64,000 bases of DNA from an uncultured delta proteobacterium (GCA_963804165.1 CAWDPO010000046.1:32001-96000), one strand, 5' to 3'. Shown: positions 20,112-31,382, counted from the stretch's first letter. The notes: a model not told the origin generated them from the sequence alone. Program-made: numbers and translations.

Positions 20112-23100
20112 GTGAAAAAGTTGTCGTTGTCGCTCGTCGTCGCCACCCTAATTTTGGGTGTCCTCATCTACTTCGCATTTAGAGATAACGAACTCGAGGC
20201 CAACTACTTCCGCTGGCTTTTCGCCAATAATATCAAATATGGATTCTCTTCGCCGCTAAAATACCTGTCCGAGGAATTGCCATCCGGCACTCTTTTTTAC
20301 GGTAGTCTGACGATCTTTGCCGTGGTCATGTTTATTGTTTTCTTGAAGATGACGCGCGACGGCGAAATCCAGGCGCTTAAAACCCGGCTGTTGGACTTGA
20401 TCACCGAAAAGCGTGAAACGGAAAGCGCGCTCCAAGAGGTCGTTTGGAAAGGCAAGCACGAACGGCAAGCCAAAGACTCGGTGATGCGGGATCTCGAGGG
20501 CAGCATCGAGAAAATCGAAGCGCTGCTCGGCGAACTCAGCGAAAAGGAACGGCAACTCAAAGCGCGCGATGTTGAATTGGTGACTATAAAGTCCAATGCG
20601 CTCGCCGAAACTGACTCCGGGCTCGCCAGAACGCCTGCCGATCGTCTGCTTCGCGAAGAGCTCAAAAAGAAAAACGAGATCCTCCAGGCGAAGGATGCCG
20701 CGATCAAAGAACTTGAACAACGGTTAAACGCGAAGACTCGCCTGTGGGAGAGTCAGTTGCGCGAAAAAGACGGCCTATTGAAAGGCCGCGACGGCGAGCT
20801 GGATGGTCTCCGGGTGGAAATCTCTGATCTCAACGGGCGGCTTCATGATTCGGAAAGCGCCAAAAAGCGCGCCGACGAGCTGCTTCACGACGAGTTGAGA
20901 AAGACGAAGGAAGTTCTGGAAGCCAACGATCTGTCGATGCGATCGGAGGAGAAACGTTTAGCCGATAAAATTCGGGCTCTGGAGAGCCAGCTGAGCGAGA
21001 AGGACAAACTCTCAAGAACCCGTGATACGGAGCTCAACGCCTTCCGGCGCCAGCTGGGCGAACTCGAATCCGCCAAGGAGCAAATGGAGGGCCGGCTCCA
21101 CGAGGAACTTGAAAAATCACAGCAGGATCGCCACGCGAAGGACCATCTCATCAAAGATTTAGAGCAACGGCTGAGCGCGAACATTCATGCGGTGCGGACG
21201 GAAGTCGGCGAAAAGGATCTGCTGTTGCAGGTACGCGACGGTGAAATCAGATCGCTCAAGTCAGAGGCCCGGGCGATTTCATTAAGACTCAGCGAGATGG
21301 CCGCTGCAAAAGTTAGAGCGGAAGAAGCACTGCAAGAAGAGCTCAAGAAGGAGAAAGAGCAACGGCAAGCGGAGAGCGCCGCTCATCGAGAGTTCGAGGA
21401 GCGCCGCGGCAAGGAAACGAGTCTCCTGACCACGCAGCTGGGCGAGCGGGAGGAATTCGTTAGGCGCCGTGACGCGGAGATACAGTCGCTCAAAGAGGAA
21501 CTTCATGCCGTTTCGCAGCGCTTAGGCGAGGCTGGCGCGGCGAAGGAGCAAACCGAGAGCTTGCTGCGCGAAGAGCTAAAAAAAGAAAAAGCGCAACGGG
21601 AGTCGCGAGAGACCGCCAGCCGCGAGCTGGAACAGCGCTATGGCTTGGAGGTTCAGACACTGAAAAGCCAGCTGGGCGAGAAAGATGAATTTCTCAATAG
21701 CCGTAACGAAGAAATCAAATCGCTAAAAACCCAGGTTGCGTCGCTTGCCGAGCAACTCTCGAAAGTCGGCTCGGCAAAGGAGCGTGCTGCAAGTCTCCTC
21801 CAGCAAAAGCTTCGGGCGGAGAAGGAAGGCCTCCAGGCAAGTGATTCCGCGGCCCGGGAGCTCGAACAAAACTTTAAGGCCAAAATCGACGCGCTCGAGG
21901 AGCAACTGGCGAAGAAGCAGGATCTCGTTGGCAGCCGAGACAAGGACGTAGCGGCGCTCAAGTCCGAACTGACATCGCTCCACGATAGAATGAACGAGCT
22001 GGCGGCGTCCAAAGAGCGTGCGGAGCGCCTTTTCGACGAGGCCGTCAAAGAGAAAACTGAGCTCACAGCATCGAAAGACGCCGGCGCCAAGAAACTTGCT
22101 GAGGATATGAGTGGCCGGATTCGCCAGATGGAAAACCGGATTCGAGAGCAGGCGGAACTACTCCACAGCCGTGAGTCGGAGCTGAGCGCGTTCAAACATC
22201 AGTTCGCGGATCTCGCGAGCTCGAAAGAGCACGCGGCGCGCGCGCTGCATGAAGATCTCAAACGGAAGGCGGAGCTGCTCGACGAGAAAGAAGCCGCCAT
22301 CAATGCTCTCGAGGAGCGCTTTAGTATACGGATCCATACGCTTGAAAGTGATCTCGGCGAGAAACAAGAGCTGCTTGAGACCCGCGATCAGGAACTCAAG
22401 GAACTGATGGCGAAGGTTAACGCACTGTCCGGCGATGTGGCGGAGATCCGAACGTCCAAGGACTCCGCAGTGCGTACGCTTCAGGACGATTTGAAGCAAA
22501 AGACCGAATTACTGGACGCCAAAGAGTCTGCTCTCAGCGCCTTGGAAGGACGCTTGAACCGTCAAAGCCCGGTCGCTGGAAAATCAGTTGCAGCAAAAGC
22601 AAGAGCTTTTGGCCGCGCGTGACACTGAGCTTGACGCGCTGATGGTGAAGGTCAGCGAGCTCAGCCAAAAGCTCAGTGAAACGGGCGCGGAGCGGGAACG
22701 GTCGGATCGTCTACTCCAGGAAGAGCTCCGTGAAAAGACCATGCTGCTGCAATCCAGAGAGGCTTCGATCGGAGAGTTGGAAGAACATTTGAAAGGCAGG
22801 GTGGAATCCCTCGAACGCCAGGTTGTTGAGAAGCATAGACTGCTGGAGTCTAGCGGCGTTGAGCTCGGCGAACTGCGCGGGCAATTCAATACCGTCACCG
22901 AGCGCCTCAACGAGGCTGAGGCTGCGAAGGTAGCTTTAGATGGCTTGCTGCAGCAAGAACGCAGCAAGAACGACAAAGCGCTCACCCTCGTCGAGGCCCC
23001 CGAGAAAGACGCCGATGAGGGACTCAACGGCGTGGCGAATGGTCTGGAAACTTTGTTGAGCGAAAGAGAGCAGCTGCTGCAAGCGCGCGATAAATTGATC

Positions 23101-23235
23101 GAAAATCTAATGACGGAGCTTAAGGAAAAGAAAACTCAACTTGCCAGGCAGGAAATCGATGTCTGGCAAAAAATCGAACGCCGTGAGGCATGGAAGCATC
23201 GGCTTTCGAAAATCGGCATTCGAATGAAGGACTAA
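20112..23235 (+). CDS. Large membrane-anchored coiled-coil repeat protein, ~1040 aa (one apparent extra base near 22560)
   Basis: Two N-terminal hydrophobic segments, then ten 78/71-aa E/K/L-rich repeats. ORFs 20079..22622 and 22588..23235 join with repeat length preserved if one C is removed at AACCGTC. Start codon uncertain. Confidence 0.85.
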
Positions 23236-23355
23236 GGTTTCGTCACCCGGGCTATTTTTTGCCGCCGCAACGAAAATTTTTAATATCCGCTCGGTAACTT
23301 CGATCTCTGTCTATTTATAGTCTCCCAACGCGACGCTGAGCGGGGAAGCTCCCGG

Positions 23356-24363
23356 TTATTTTTTCTTGCCATAGAGGCTGTCGATGTAGCCGCTCTTGTC
23401 GAATTCTTCGACGAAACGAGGATCGATGAAGTCTTGCGGTTTTGCCGTTTTTGCCTTGGGATTAGTTGACGCGAGCTGATCGATGATCATCTTCAGCCCT
23501 TCCACCGTCGGATATTGTTTCATCGGCAGCTTGTTTTCGTCGATCGAGCTTTCGTAAGTCTTCTTCAACAGCTCCGGATCTTCCAAACGCAGATACTTTG
23601 CCGCGATCTTCATTCCCGTGGCGCGGTCTGTCTTCAAGCGATGGACCGCCTCGATGTACGATTTTACGAAGTTCCGAACGGTGGCCGGATTTTCCCGTAG
23701 AAACTTCCTTGTCGTTACGCCGCCTTGGTGCTGATACGCCAAACCCAGCGCGGCGACATCGGCGAGGAGATGAAAACCCTTTCTTTGCGCGATAAAGGTC
23801 GCCGGTGGCACCAGCGTGCTCCCCGTGACACGGCGTGCTTCCATGGCGGCCAAGCGTTCTGGTGTGCTGCCCGTTTGTACGATGGTGACGTCTTTACCCG
23901 GATTCAGTCCGAGTCTTGCTAGCGCGTAGCGCGCGACAAAGTCGGCCGCGCCGCCGAAGCGGGCGACCGCGATCGTGCCGCCTTTTAACTGCTCCGGGGT
24001 TTTTATTTCAGGTTGGGTCATCAGCCAGTAGTCCAAGCTCACGATGCCGCCGACGACATAGACTGGATCGGAGCCGGCCAGTCCGGCGCTGACGATGCCC
24101 GGCCCAGACGCTTGAATCAGCGGCGTATCGCCGGAGACCATTGCGGTTACCGACATCGTCCCACCGGTAAAATAGATCGGTTGCGCGTCGAGATTGTTCT
24201 TCGCAAAGATGCCGGTGTCTTTGGCGACCCAAATGACCAGTTGATCGGCGCTGATGCCGCTGTAACCGATGGCGACTTTGGTCATCTGCGCCGCTGCCGG
24301 AGTGCACCAGCCAAAGAGCAGAAGAGCGAGCAAAGTTAATTTTGATTCAGATTTGAAATTCAT
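23356..24363 (-). CDS. ABC-type solute-binding protein, NMT1/THI5-like
   Basis: Signal peptide; WVAKDTGIFAKNNL; IKTPEQLKGG. Confidence 0.9.
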   Translation of the reverse strand: MNFKSESKLTLLALLLFGWCTPAAAQMTKVAIGYSGISADQLVIWVAKDTGIFAKNNLDAQPIYFTGGTMSVTAMVSGDTPLIQASGPGIVSAGLAGSDPVYVVGGIVSLDYWLMTQPEIKTPEQLKGGTIAVARFGGAADFVARYALARLGLNPGKDVTIVQTGSTPERLAAMEARRVTGSTLVPPATFIAQRKGFHLLADVAALGLAYQHQGGVTTRKFLRENPATVRNFVKSYIEAVHRLKTDRATGMKIAAKYLRLEDPELLKKTYESSIDENKLPMKQYPTVEGLKMIIDQLASTNPKAKTAKPQDFIDPRFVEEFDKSGYIDSLYGKKK

Positions 24364-24527
24364 GTTTATTCGTCCTTTGTTGCTTCGCCCAAGTATATGG
24401 GGCAGCGAAAAAGTTCAAACATCCAGCGCGGCAAAGCCGCAACTGAAAGAGTCGGAATATCTCCAAAAGCCTACCCAAGCAAAATCAAAGAATCGCAAGT
24501 CTGCCAGGAAAAAAATCCTTCGCGATG

Positions 24528-24618
24528 TGTCATGCTGACGAAGTGAAACATCCGTTTGGCTCTTTTCTCCTTCGGTCACGAAAGCAGATTCTTCGTCGCC
24601 ATGCTCCTCAGAATGACA
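24528..24618. repeat. GTCA-type REP pair (TGTCATGCTGA ... TCAGAATGACA)
   Basis: Inverted ends, with an internal GATTCTTCG...CTCAGAATGAC unit. Confidence 0.7.
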
Positions 24619-24774
24619 TGCTAAAATAAAGCGGACGGCTGAGCCTTCTTAGCCCGGATGGAGCGTAATGAAATCCGGCGCCCTTTTCTAGGAAGATTCG
24701 CTCAAGGCGCGAAAACTCGCGGCTATAGATTTTCGAAGATCATGAAGACGTCGGATCCCGGCGGCGATTGATTG

Positions 24775-25389
24775 TTATTTCAGGAGGTAGCTCGCCGGCA
24801 TCGGCACCCGCAGAATATTGATTCCTTCGGTCTCTTCGACGTAGCGAATGAAGTGATACTTGTTTTCGAGCTCGTCGTATTGCAGCGGCGGTGATTCGGC
24901 GCGGCCGGCTTCGATGCGCGCCCAGATGAAGTGGGGGCCGTCGTGCGTGAGAGAATGGCTTACGGCTTGTTTGAGCTCTTCCACGGTCGTCGCGCTGTGG
25001 GAGCTCTTGATTCCGGCGTTGCGCGCTACGCCGGCGAAGTCGATCTTGCCCGCGGTCGCAACCGTGGGCTCGCCGCCGGACGACTCATACTGTTGGTTAT
25101 CCCAACAGATGTGGATCAAATTTTTCGGCTGATGCAGACCGATCGTCGCGAGCGAGCCGAGATTCATCCACAGCGCGCCGTCGCCGTCGAAGACAAAAAC
25201 CTTGCGCTTCGGCAGCGCGATCGCGACACCGAGACCAATCGATGAGCATAGGCCCAAGGTCTTGACCTGGATGTTGCCGTCGCTTGGATGCACACCGTTC
25301 CACTCTGCAGTGGCGCCCCCGGCGGTGGTCACGAATAATTCGTCTTTGATCAACGGCGCGATCGCCTGCAGGCATTCGAAGCGTTTCAT
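24775..25389 (-). CDS. comE: Sulfopyruvate/phosphonopyruvate decarboxylase beta-subunit-like protein
   Basis: ThDP C-terminal module only: LGLCSSIGLG, DGDGALWMNLGSL, DNQQYESSGGEP. Confidence 0.75.
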   Translation of the reverse strand: MKRFECLQAIAPLIKDELFVTTAGGATAEWNGVHPSDGNIQVKTLGLCSSIGLGVAIALPKRKVFVFDGDGALWMNLGSLATIGLHQPKNLIHICWDNQQYESSGGEPTVATAGKIDFAGVARNAGIKSSHSATTVEELKQAVSHSLTHDGPHFIWARIEAGRAESPPLQYDELENKYHFIRYVEETEGINILRVPMPASYLLK

Positions 25390-25398
25390 CTCTTATCC

Positions 25399-25893
25399 TT
25401 ACAAAACGGCTCGGCTGAGCAACAACGCCACTGGTCGTTTCGAGCTGTTCGCCAAGGTTACCGCTCCGGCAATATCTTGTTTCACTTTGGCCGGATCACG
25501 CATGACAATATACTTGATTCCCAGTCCTTGGAGCACCGGCTCGGTGACCAGTCCCACCATATGAAATGCGTTGTCGCCGATATCCCCGGCGTAGTAAATG
25601 AGCAGCAAGATCGGCATGCCGAATTGCAGCGCCGTGGTGGTGAGGCCGTTGCAGCTGTTCAACAGTCCGCCGTTTTGCATCAACAGCGCCGGTTTTTTTC
25701 CGCCCAGGTGAGCGCCGGCACAAACGCCGACCCCTTCTTCTTCACGCCCCACCGGCACGTGGGTGATCTGTTTGTCTTCGTAAAGTAAATTGATCAGCTG
25801 CAGCATGTTGATATCCGGAACGCTCGAAACCAAATCGATCCCGGCTTCCTTCAGCCCGGCAAGAATCTGCTGTGCTCCGGCGACGGTCCCCAT
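25399..25893 (-). CDS. comD: Sulfopyruvate/phosphonopyruvate decarboxylase alpha-subunit-like protein
   Basis: SVPD, REEEGVGVCAGAHLGG, LMQNGGLLN; directly upstream of the beta subunit. Confidence 0.75.
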   Translation of the reverse strand: MGTVAGAQQILAGLKEAGIDLVSSVPDINMLQLINLLYEDKQITHVPVGREEEGVGVCAGAHLGGKKPALLMQNGGLLNSCNGLTTTALQFGMPILLLIYYAGDIGDNAFHMVGLVTEPVLQGLGIKYIVMRDPAKVKQDIAGAVTLANSSKRPVALLLSRAVL

Positions 25894-25925
25894 AGTCCAT
25901 ACCTCTAAATCTTGCGCGCTGCTCC

Positions 25926-26001
25926 CTTCTAAAAATTATCGGCGATTCTGTCAAGCAGAGGACGGATTTGTTTGACACCCCGTGGGAGATTCTGTTAGCA
26001 G
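25926..26001. promoter_or_regulatory. Possible back-to-back sigma-70 promoters for comDE-like and tctCBA
   Basis: Minus strand TTGACA (25949-25954)-17 bp-TAGAAG; plus strand TTGACA (25972-25977)-18 bp-TAGCAG preceded by TG. Confidence 0.4.
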
Positions 26002-26031
26002 AGAGTGCGATTCAACATCGGAGGTGAAGTC

Positions 26032-27024
26032 GTGAAATTTTTTCCAGCGATTCGAAAATTGCGTCGTGATCTAAGCCTACTTGCAGCTTCTCTTCTCCTC
26101 ATTATGTGCAGCAGCATGCCAGCGCCGGCGCAGGATTACCCGACAAAAACCATCCAGATCATCAATCCTTTTCCTCCGGGAGCGGTCACCGATATTGTTG
26201 CACGCATCCTGGCGCCGAAAATGTCCACGCTGCTCGGACAGCAAGTCGTCATCGTCAACAAGGCGGGCGGCGGCGGTGCCGTCGGCATTCAGGCCGCGCG
26301 CGACTCCGCGCCGGACGGATACACGATTCTCGTTACGCCGCCGCCGATCGTGCTGATTCCGATCGTCAACAAGAATTCCGGCTTCGCTTTGAAAGATTTC
26401 GTGCCGCTCACGCTCGCAACCAGTAGCCCGAACACGACGGTGGTGAAAGGCGACGCTCCGTGGAAGTCACTTGAGGATGTACTTGCCGAAGCGAAGAAAA
26501 ATCCCGGGCAGCTCACCTATGGCTCCGCCGGACCGGGCACGACGCCGCATTTCATCGGCGAGCTGGTCAAGTTGAAGACCAAGATCGATATGACCCACGT
26601 GCCGCTGGGCTCCGAATCCGCCGCCGCGACCGCGGTTTTGGGCGGCCATGTGAATATCGCGTTTCTCACTTTGGGCACGACACGCAGCCACATCGAAGCC
26701 GGCACCATGCGCGCGCTGGCGGTGGCCTCCAATCGCCGGCTCAAGGATTTTCCAAACGTGCCGACGACGGTGGAAAAAGGATTCTCGGAGCTCAATCTCA
26801 AAATTTGGGTCGGATTTTTTGCGCCGGCAAAGACGCCGCCGACAATCGTAAAACGGTTAGCGGGAGCGATCGGGGAAGCCCTGAAGGATCCGGAAGTTGG
26901 CGCACTGATCGAGAAGGCGCAGGCACTCGTGGAGAATCTCGGACCGCAGGAAGCCGCGAAGTTTCTCGCCGAGGAAGAGCGCAAGTGGTCCGAAGTCGCC
27001 AGGGTCGCAAAGATCACAAATTGA
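26032..27024 (+). CDS. tctC: Tripartite tricarboxylate transporter substrate-binding protein (Bug/TctC)
   Basis: YPTKTIQIINPFPPG..TDIVAR, NKAGGGG, PDGYT, YGSAGPG; followed by tctB and tctA. Confidence 0.93.
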   Translation: MKFFPAIRKLRRDLSLLAASLLLIMCSSMPAPAQDYPTKTIQIINPFPPGAVTDIVARILAPKMSTLLGQQVVIVNKAGGGGAVGIQAARDSAPDGYTILVTPPPIVLIPIVNKNSGFALKDFVPLTLATSSPNTTVVKGDAPWKSLEDVLAEAKKNPGQLTYGSAGPGTTPHFIGELVKLKTKIDMTHVPLGSESAAATAVLGGHVNIAFLTLGTTRSHIEAGTMRALAVASNRRLKDFPNVPTTVEKGFSELNLKIWVGFFAPAKTPPTIVKRLAGAIGEALKDPEVGALIEKAQALVENLGPQEAAKFLAEEERKWSEVARVAKITN

Positions 27025-27228
27025 ACCACCCTCGGCTCCAAGCCGAGAGGTTCTGAATTTGCCGACTGGAAGTCGATTCTTGATTCGTCATTCCGGCGGA
27101 TGCCGGAATCCATGCGGTTTTTGAATTTGAACCAGAAGGAAATCTGGATGCCGGCGTTCGCCGGCATGACGAGCTCTCACTTCGCCTGTAAGGCGAGGGT
27201 TTGCAACCATCCCCGAAAGGACAGTAGA
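27021..27228. mobile_element. Probable non-autonomous hairpin-ended element (IS200/IS605-like ends) enclosing a CGTC-type REP pair
   Basis: Left hairpins CTCGGC-TCCAA-GCCGAG and CGACT-GGA-AGTCG; right hairpin TCGCCT-GTA-AGGCGA; central CGTCATTCCGGC...GCCGGCATGACG (27086-27171). Confidence 0.5.
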
Positions 27229-27260
27229 GGAACGCAGGCGTTCATCTTTCAGCTCTCACA

Positions 27261-27713
27261 ATGCGGTCCGATATAGCCGTTGCCGCGATTTTGCTGGCGT
27301 TAGCCGGCTACATTTTCCTAACAGCGAGCGCACTGCCGTTCGGCACGGCGCGCGTGCCGCAGACGGCATTTTTCCCGATGGCGCTGGCGGTCTTGCTGGC
27401 GATTCTATCTTTGGTCTTGCTGGCGCAGGCGCTCGCGGGAACAAAGGCGCCGTTCGATGCCGATAAGATCGGTTCGGCCGGCTGGTTTAGGATCGTCGCG
27501 ACGCTGGCGACGTTGGTCGGCTTTGCGCTTGTCCTCGAACGCCTTGGATTTTTGTTAGCGACCTTTCTCCTGATGATTTGTCTCTTGCGCGCGATCGAAG
27601 CGCAAAGTTGGGGCAAAGTCATTGCCGTGGCGCTTGCGACTTCGCTGATCACCTATGGGCTCTTTGCCTGGCTGCTCGGTGTTCCGCTTCCCGCTGGAGT
27701 GTTAGGAATCTAG
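27261..27713 (+). CDS. tctB: Tripartite tricarboxylate transporter small subunit
   Basis: Four to five TM segments; FFP, LERLGF, LLGVPLP. Confidence 0.9.
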   Translation: MRSDIAVAAILLALAGYIFLTASALPFGTARVPQTAFFPMALAVLLAILSLVLLAQALAGTKAPFDADKIGSAGWFRIVATLATLVGFALVLERLGFLLATFLLMICLLRAIEAQSWGKVIAVALATSLITYGLFAWLLGVPLPAGVLGI

Positions 27714-27714
27714 C

Positions 27715-29235
27715 GTGGATATCCTCGCCAACGTCGGCTTGGGTTTCACTGTAGCGCTTACGCCAACAAATCTCCTGTTCTGTTTCCTCGGCGCGCTGGT
27801 GGGCACGCTCGTCGGCGTGCTGCCGGGATTGGGCCCCGTCGGCGCGGTGGCGTTTTTGTTATCGCTCACATTCAAGATGGAACCGGCGAGCGCGATCATC
27901 ATGCTCGCGGGAATTTACTACGGCGCCATGTACGGTGGCTCGACGACTTCCATTCTCGTCAATATTCCCGGCGAAACCGCGTCGGTCGTTACTTGTCTCG
28001 ACGGCTATCGCATGGCGCGGCAAGGCAGGGCCGGCGCCGCGCTCGGCATGGCCGCGTTCGGTTCGTTCATCGCCGGCACGTTCGGCGTAATCGGTCTGAT
28101 GTTTTTGGCGCCGCTGCTCGGCCGAGCAGCGCTGAGCTTTGGACCGCCGGAGTTTTTTGCCCTTACTCTTACCGGTTTGACGCTTGTCGCTTATTTGACT
28201 CAAGGCTCGATGATCAAAGCATTGCTCATGGCCGTGCTCGGGTTGTTGGCCGGCACGGTGGGAATGGATCCGATCTCCGGCCAGGAGCGCTTCACCTATG
28301 GAACATTGACGTTGCGCGATGGCTTCGGTCTCGTGCCCGTAGCCATGGGGCTTTTCGGCGTCGCCGAGGTGCTCGACAATCTGGCCCATATCGGCTCGCA
28401 ATCGGTCTACGAAACCAAAATCAAAGGGCTGCTGCCCAACTTACAAGATTGGAAGGACAGCGCGCGACCGATCGCGCGCGGCTCCCTGCTGGGGTTTTTC
28501 CTTGGCATCTTGCCGGGGCCAGGGCCCGTGATCGCGTCGTTTGTTTCCTACGCGATGGAAAAACGCCTGTCGCGTTATCCGGAAAAATTCGGCACCGGTG
28601 TCATCGAAGGCGTGGCGGGACCGGAGGCCGCCAATAATGCCGCGACCGCCGGCTCGTTCATCCCGCTGCTGTCGCTCGGCATTCCCACGAGCGCGATCAT
28701 GGCCCTGTTCATGGGCGCGCTGATGATCCACGGCATCCAGCCGGGGCCGCTGTTCATCGCCCGCTACCCCGAGCTTTTCTGGGGTTTCATCGCCAGCATG
28801 TACGTCGGCAATGCGATGTTGCTCGTGCTGAATCTGCCGTTGATCGGCATGTGGGTGCGCGTGTTGAAAACGCCGTACGGCATTCTTTGCCCTTTGATTC
28901 TGCTTTTCTGCCTCATCGGTGTCTACAGTCTCAACGCCAACGTGGTCGAAATCACGATCATGCTCGCTTTCGGCATCGGTGGATTCCTAATGCGCCGCGC
29001 CGGTTTCGAGGGCGCGCCGTTCATCCTTGCGTTGGTCCTAGGCCCTATCATGGAAACCTCGCTGCGCCAGTCCTTGCTGATCTCGCGCGGCAATTTCGCT
29101 ATATTCATCAACCGGCCCATATGCGCCGTGTTGATCGTCCTGACAGCGGCATTCTTAATTTGGCCGCTGATTCGGCGAAGAAAAAGCGGCGTTGAAGCCA
29201 GAGCTAAGGGGAACGCATCTCGAGTTTTATTTTAG
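27715..29235 (+). CDS. tctA: Tripartite tricarboxylate transporter large subunit
   Basis: [36 protein letters not shown]. Confidence 0.95.
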   Translation: MDILANVGLGFTVALTPTNLLFCFLGALVGTLVGVLPGLGPVGAVAFLLSLTFKMEPASAIIMLAGIYYGAMYGGSTTSILVNIPGETASVVTCLDGYRMARQGRAGAALGMAAFGSFIAGTFGVIGLMFLAPLLGRAALSFGPPEFFALTLTGLTLVAYLTQGSMIKALLMAVLGLLAGTVGMDPISGQERFTYGTLTLRDGFGLVPVAMGLFGVAEVLDNLAHIGSQSVYETKIKGLLPNLQDWKDSARPIARGSLLGFFLGILPGPGPVIASFVSYAMEKRLSRYPEKFGTGVIEGVAGPEAANNAATAGSFIPLLSLGIPTSAIMALFMGALMIHGIQPGPLFIARYPELFWGFIASMYVGNAMLLVLNLPLIGMWVRVLKTPYGILCPLILLFCLIGVYSLNANVVEITIMLAFGIGGFLMRRAGFEGAPFILALVLGPIMETSLRQSLLISRGNFAIFINRPICAVLIVLTAAFLIWPLIRRRKSGVEARAKGNASRVLF

Positions 29236-29275
29236 CAGAGTCACTTCCTCCCTCTCTAAGGACAGCCGTGATTGC

Positions 29276-30260
29276 TTATTTGCCTTTCTTTAGTTCTTCG
29301 TGCAGCGCGCGCATTATCGTGAAGTCATAAACCTGCTCGGGAGCCACTTCGCGCTCGATCCTCAGCGATCGGCGCTGAAAGGCGATCATCTTTTCCTGGA
29401 GGTTACGGGGGATCGTTCCGTCGGTGGACATGATTCTTAGCGCTGATTTATAGACCTCGCCGGCTTCGCTCTCGCTGATCTTCATCGCCGCGGCAAATTT
29501 CGGCACGACTTCTTTTTCATTTGATTTAAGCCAGAGAAAGCCCTTGAGCGTGCCGCGGAGCAAACGCTGCACCAGTTCCGGCTGTTGCGCTAGCGTCTTT
29601 TCCGCCACAACGACGCCCGCGGTGACAAATTCCAGATCGTCGCCGTAAAAGAGTAGCTCGTTAAAACCGTTCTTTTTGGCGATCAGCCGATCCATTTGAT
29701 TTAATACCGTGGCATCGATGGTGCCGGATAAAAGCGCCGCCAGCCGACTCGGCGTCGGCTCAATGGCTCGCAGCACAACGTCGCGTTGCGGGTCAATGCC
29801 GTGCTTTGGCAGCACCTCGCGGGTCATTTGATCCAAGGCAGCACCGAAGCTCGACACCGCGATCTGCTTCCCGCCTTTGAGATCCTGCAGCGTCTTGATG
29901 TTTTTGGCGGCGTAGAGCCAATTGAGCGAGCGCGTGTCGAAAACCATCACGATCTTGAGCGGTAAACCGCGCAGCACCGCGCCGGCGCCCTGACCGAGGA
30001 TCTGACTAAAGTGAAAGCTTCCGCCTACCAGGCCCTGAATGCCTGGCAGCATGCCGCTTGAACGAGCAAAACATCCAAGCCTTCTTCGCGGTAAAAGCCT
30101 TTCTCTTTGGCAAGGCGATAGAGCAATGTGTTGGGACTGTGCCGGCGGAGATATGCACGTTGACCTGATCCAAAGCGGATGCCTCGCGCGCAAAAACCAA
30201 ATGGATCACGGCGAGCGCTACAACCGACATTCCCAAGCGCACAAACAATTGCTGCTTCAT
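29276..30260 (-). CDS. ABC-type solute-binding protein, NMT1-like (two apparent frameshifts, near 30135 and 30055)
   Basis: Signal peptide MKQQLFV...ASA, AKEKGFYREEGLDV and IKTLQDLKG lie in three different frames; RBS AGGAG. Confidence 0.8.
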
Positions 30261-30284
30261 TCGCTCCTGAATCATTTGCATCAC

Positions 30285-31328
30285 CTAGAATCCGTATTTC
30301 TCCTGAGCGGCAAGCGCGATGTTCAGAGCCGGCTTGAGTTGGGGCCGCGCACTCACTGCGCGGTAAGCCTCTTTTACCGGCTCGTCGCGCAAAATATCTT
30401 TGACCGGAATCGGGCGCGCGAGTTTCCCGGCCTTGACCATTTCGTCGACGATTCTTTCGATCGCCGAGGGTGCCACGGCGCCGTCGACGGGCAGTGCCCA
30501 ACTCTCCACCCGGTCGGGCGAGGTGACAATGGCCACGACGCCGCGCTCGTCTTCGTTGTGCGTGCTGGATTTTCTGAGCCGCGCTTCGAGATCCTTGAGG
30601 TATAGGAAATTGTTCACGTCGCGCATGAACCAGAAGGCGCGAATGATCGCCCGAAAGTAAGCTTTCAGCTCGTCGCCGCGTTTCTCGATCATCTGCCCCG
30701 TTGCCATGGTCAGTTTTCCGGGCCGGCGCGGAAAAATTTTGTTCGGATCGAGAATCATCGGATAACCTTCGCGCTCGAGCTGATCGGCAAACGGCGGCTG
30801 GGAAGTGACGGCATCGATTTTCCCCGCGCGCAACATCTCCATATGCGCCGGATTATTGCGATAGCCGTAAACCGGATTGTACACCCATTGCACTTCTCTG
30901 AATGGCTCGACGCCGGCTTGGCGCAGCGCGTCGGTGATGAACACTTCCACCAGGCCTTCCTTTTCGCGCATGCCGATCCGGCCGCCGCGCAGCTTGCTCA
31001 TGTCCGTCACGTGCTTGGCGCCGTACCATTTGAGAAACGGCGTGTAGCGCCAGCCGCCGACGATATAAATGTCCGCGCCCTGAGTGCGCTGATGAATCGC
31101 CGCTTCGACATCCACGGCGGGGACAATGTCCACGCCGTGGTTCTTGATTGCCATCGCCAAACCTTCGCGCTCCAGGGGGCCGGGAATGAGACCGCGGGAA
31201 TCGTAGTCGTATTCGTTTAGACCTTCGTCGCTGAAAAAGCTTTGCTCTGTGGCGACGGCGATGGCGATGTGATGGCCAACGTGATAGTTGCTGTTGGCAA
31301 TCAAAATCGGCTGATCGAGCGTGCTCAT
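30285..31328 (-). CDS. NMT1/PBP-fold protein lacking a signal peptide
   Basis: AVATEQSFFSDEGL, KLRGGRIG, AGKIDA, REGYPMI; polar N-terminus; RBS AAGGAG. Confidence 0.8.
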   Translation of the reverse strand: MSTLDQPILIANSNYHVGHHIAIAVATEQSFFSDEGLNEYDYDSRGLIPGPLEREGLAMAIKNHGVDIVPAVDVEAAIHQRTQGADIYIVGGWRYTPFLKWYGAKHVTDMSKLRGGRIGMREKEGLVEVFITDALRQAGVEPFREVQWVYNPVYGYRNNPAHMEMLRAGKIDAVTSQPPFADQLEREGYPMILDPNKIFPRRPGKLTMATGQMIEKRGDELKAYFRAIIRAFWFMRDVNNFLYLKDLEARLRKSSTHNEDERGVVAIVTSPDRVESWALPVDGAVAPSAIERIVDEMVKAGKLARPIPVKDILRDEPVKEAYRAVSARPQLKPALNIALAAQEKYGF

Positions 31329-31382
31329 GGCGGCTCCTTTTTTGTGATCTGTGCGGTCAAATTTAAGTCAATCAATCGCCAT

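Noticed and set aside
20112-23235. SMC or other chromosome-segregation ATPase
   Set aside because: No Walker A/B or hinge motifs, and it has N-terminal membrane segments.
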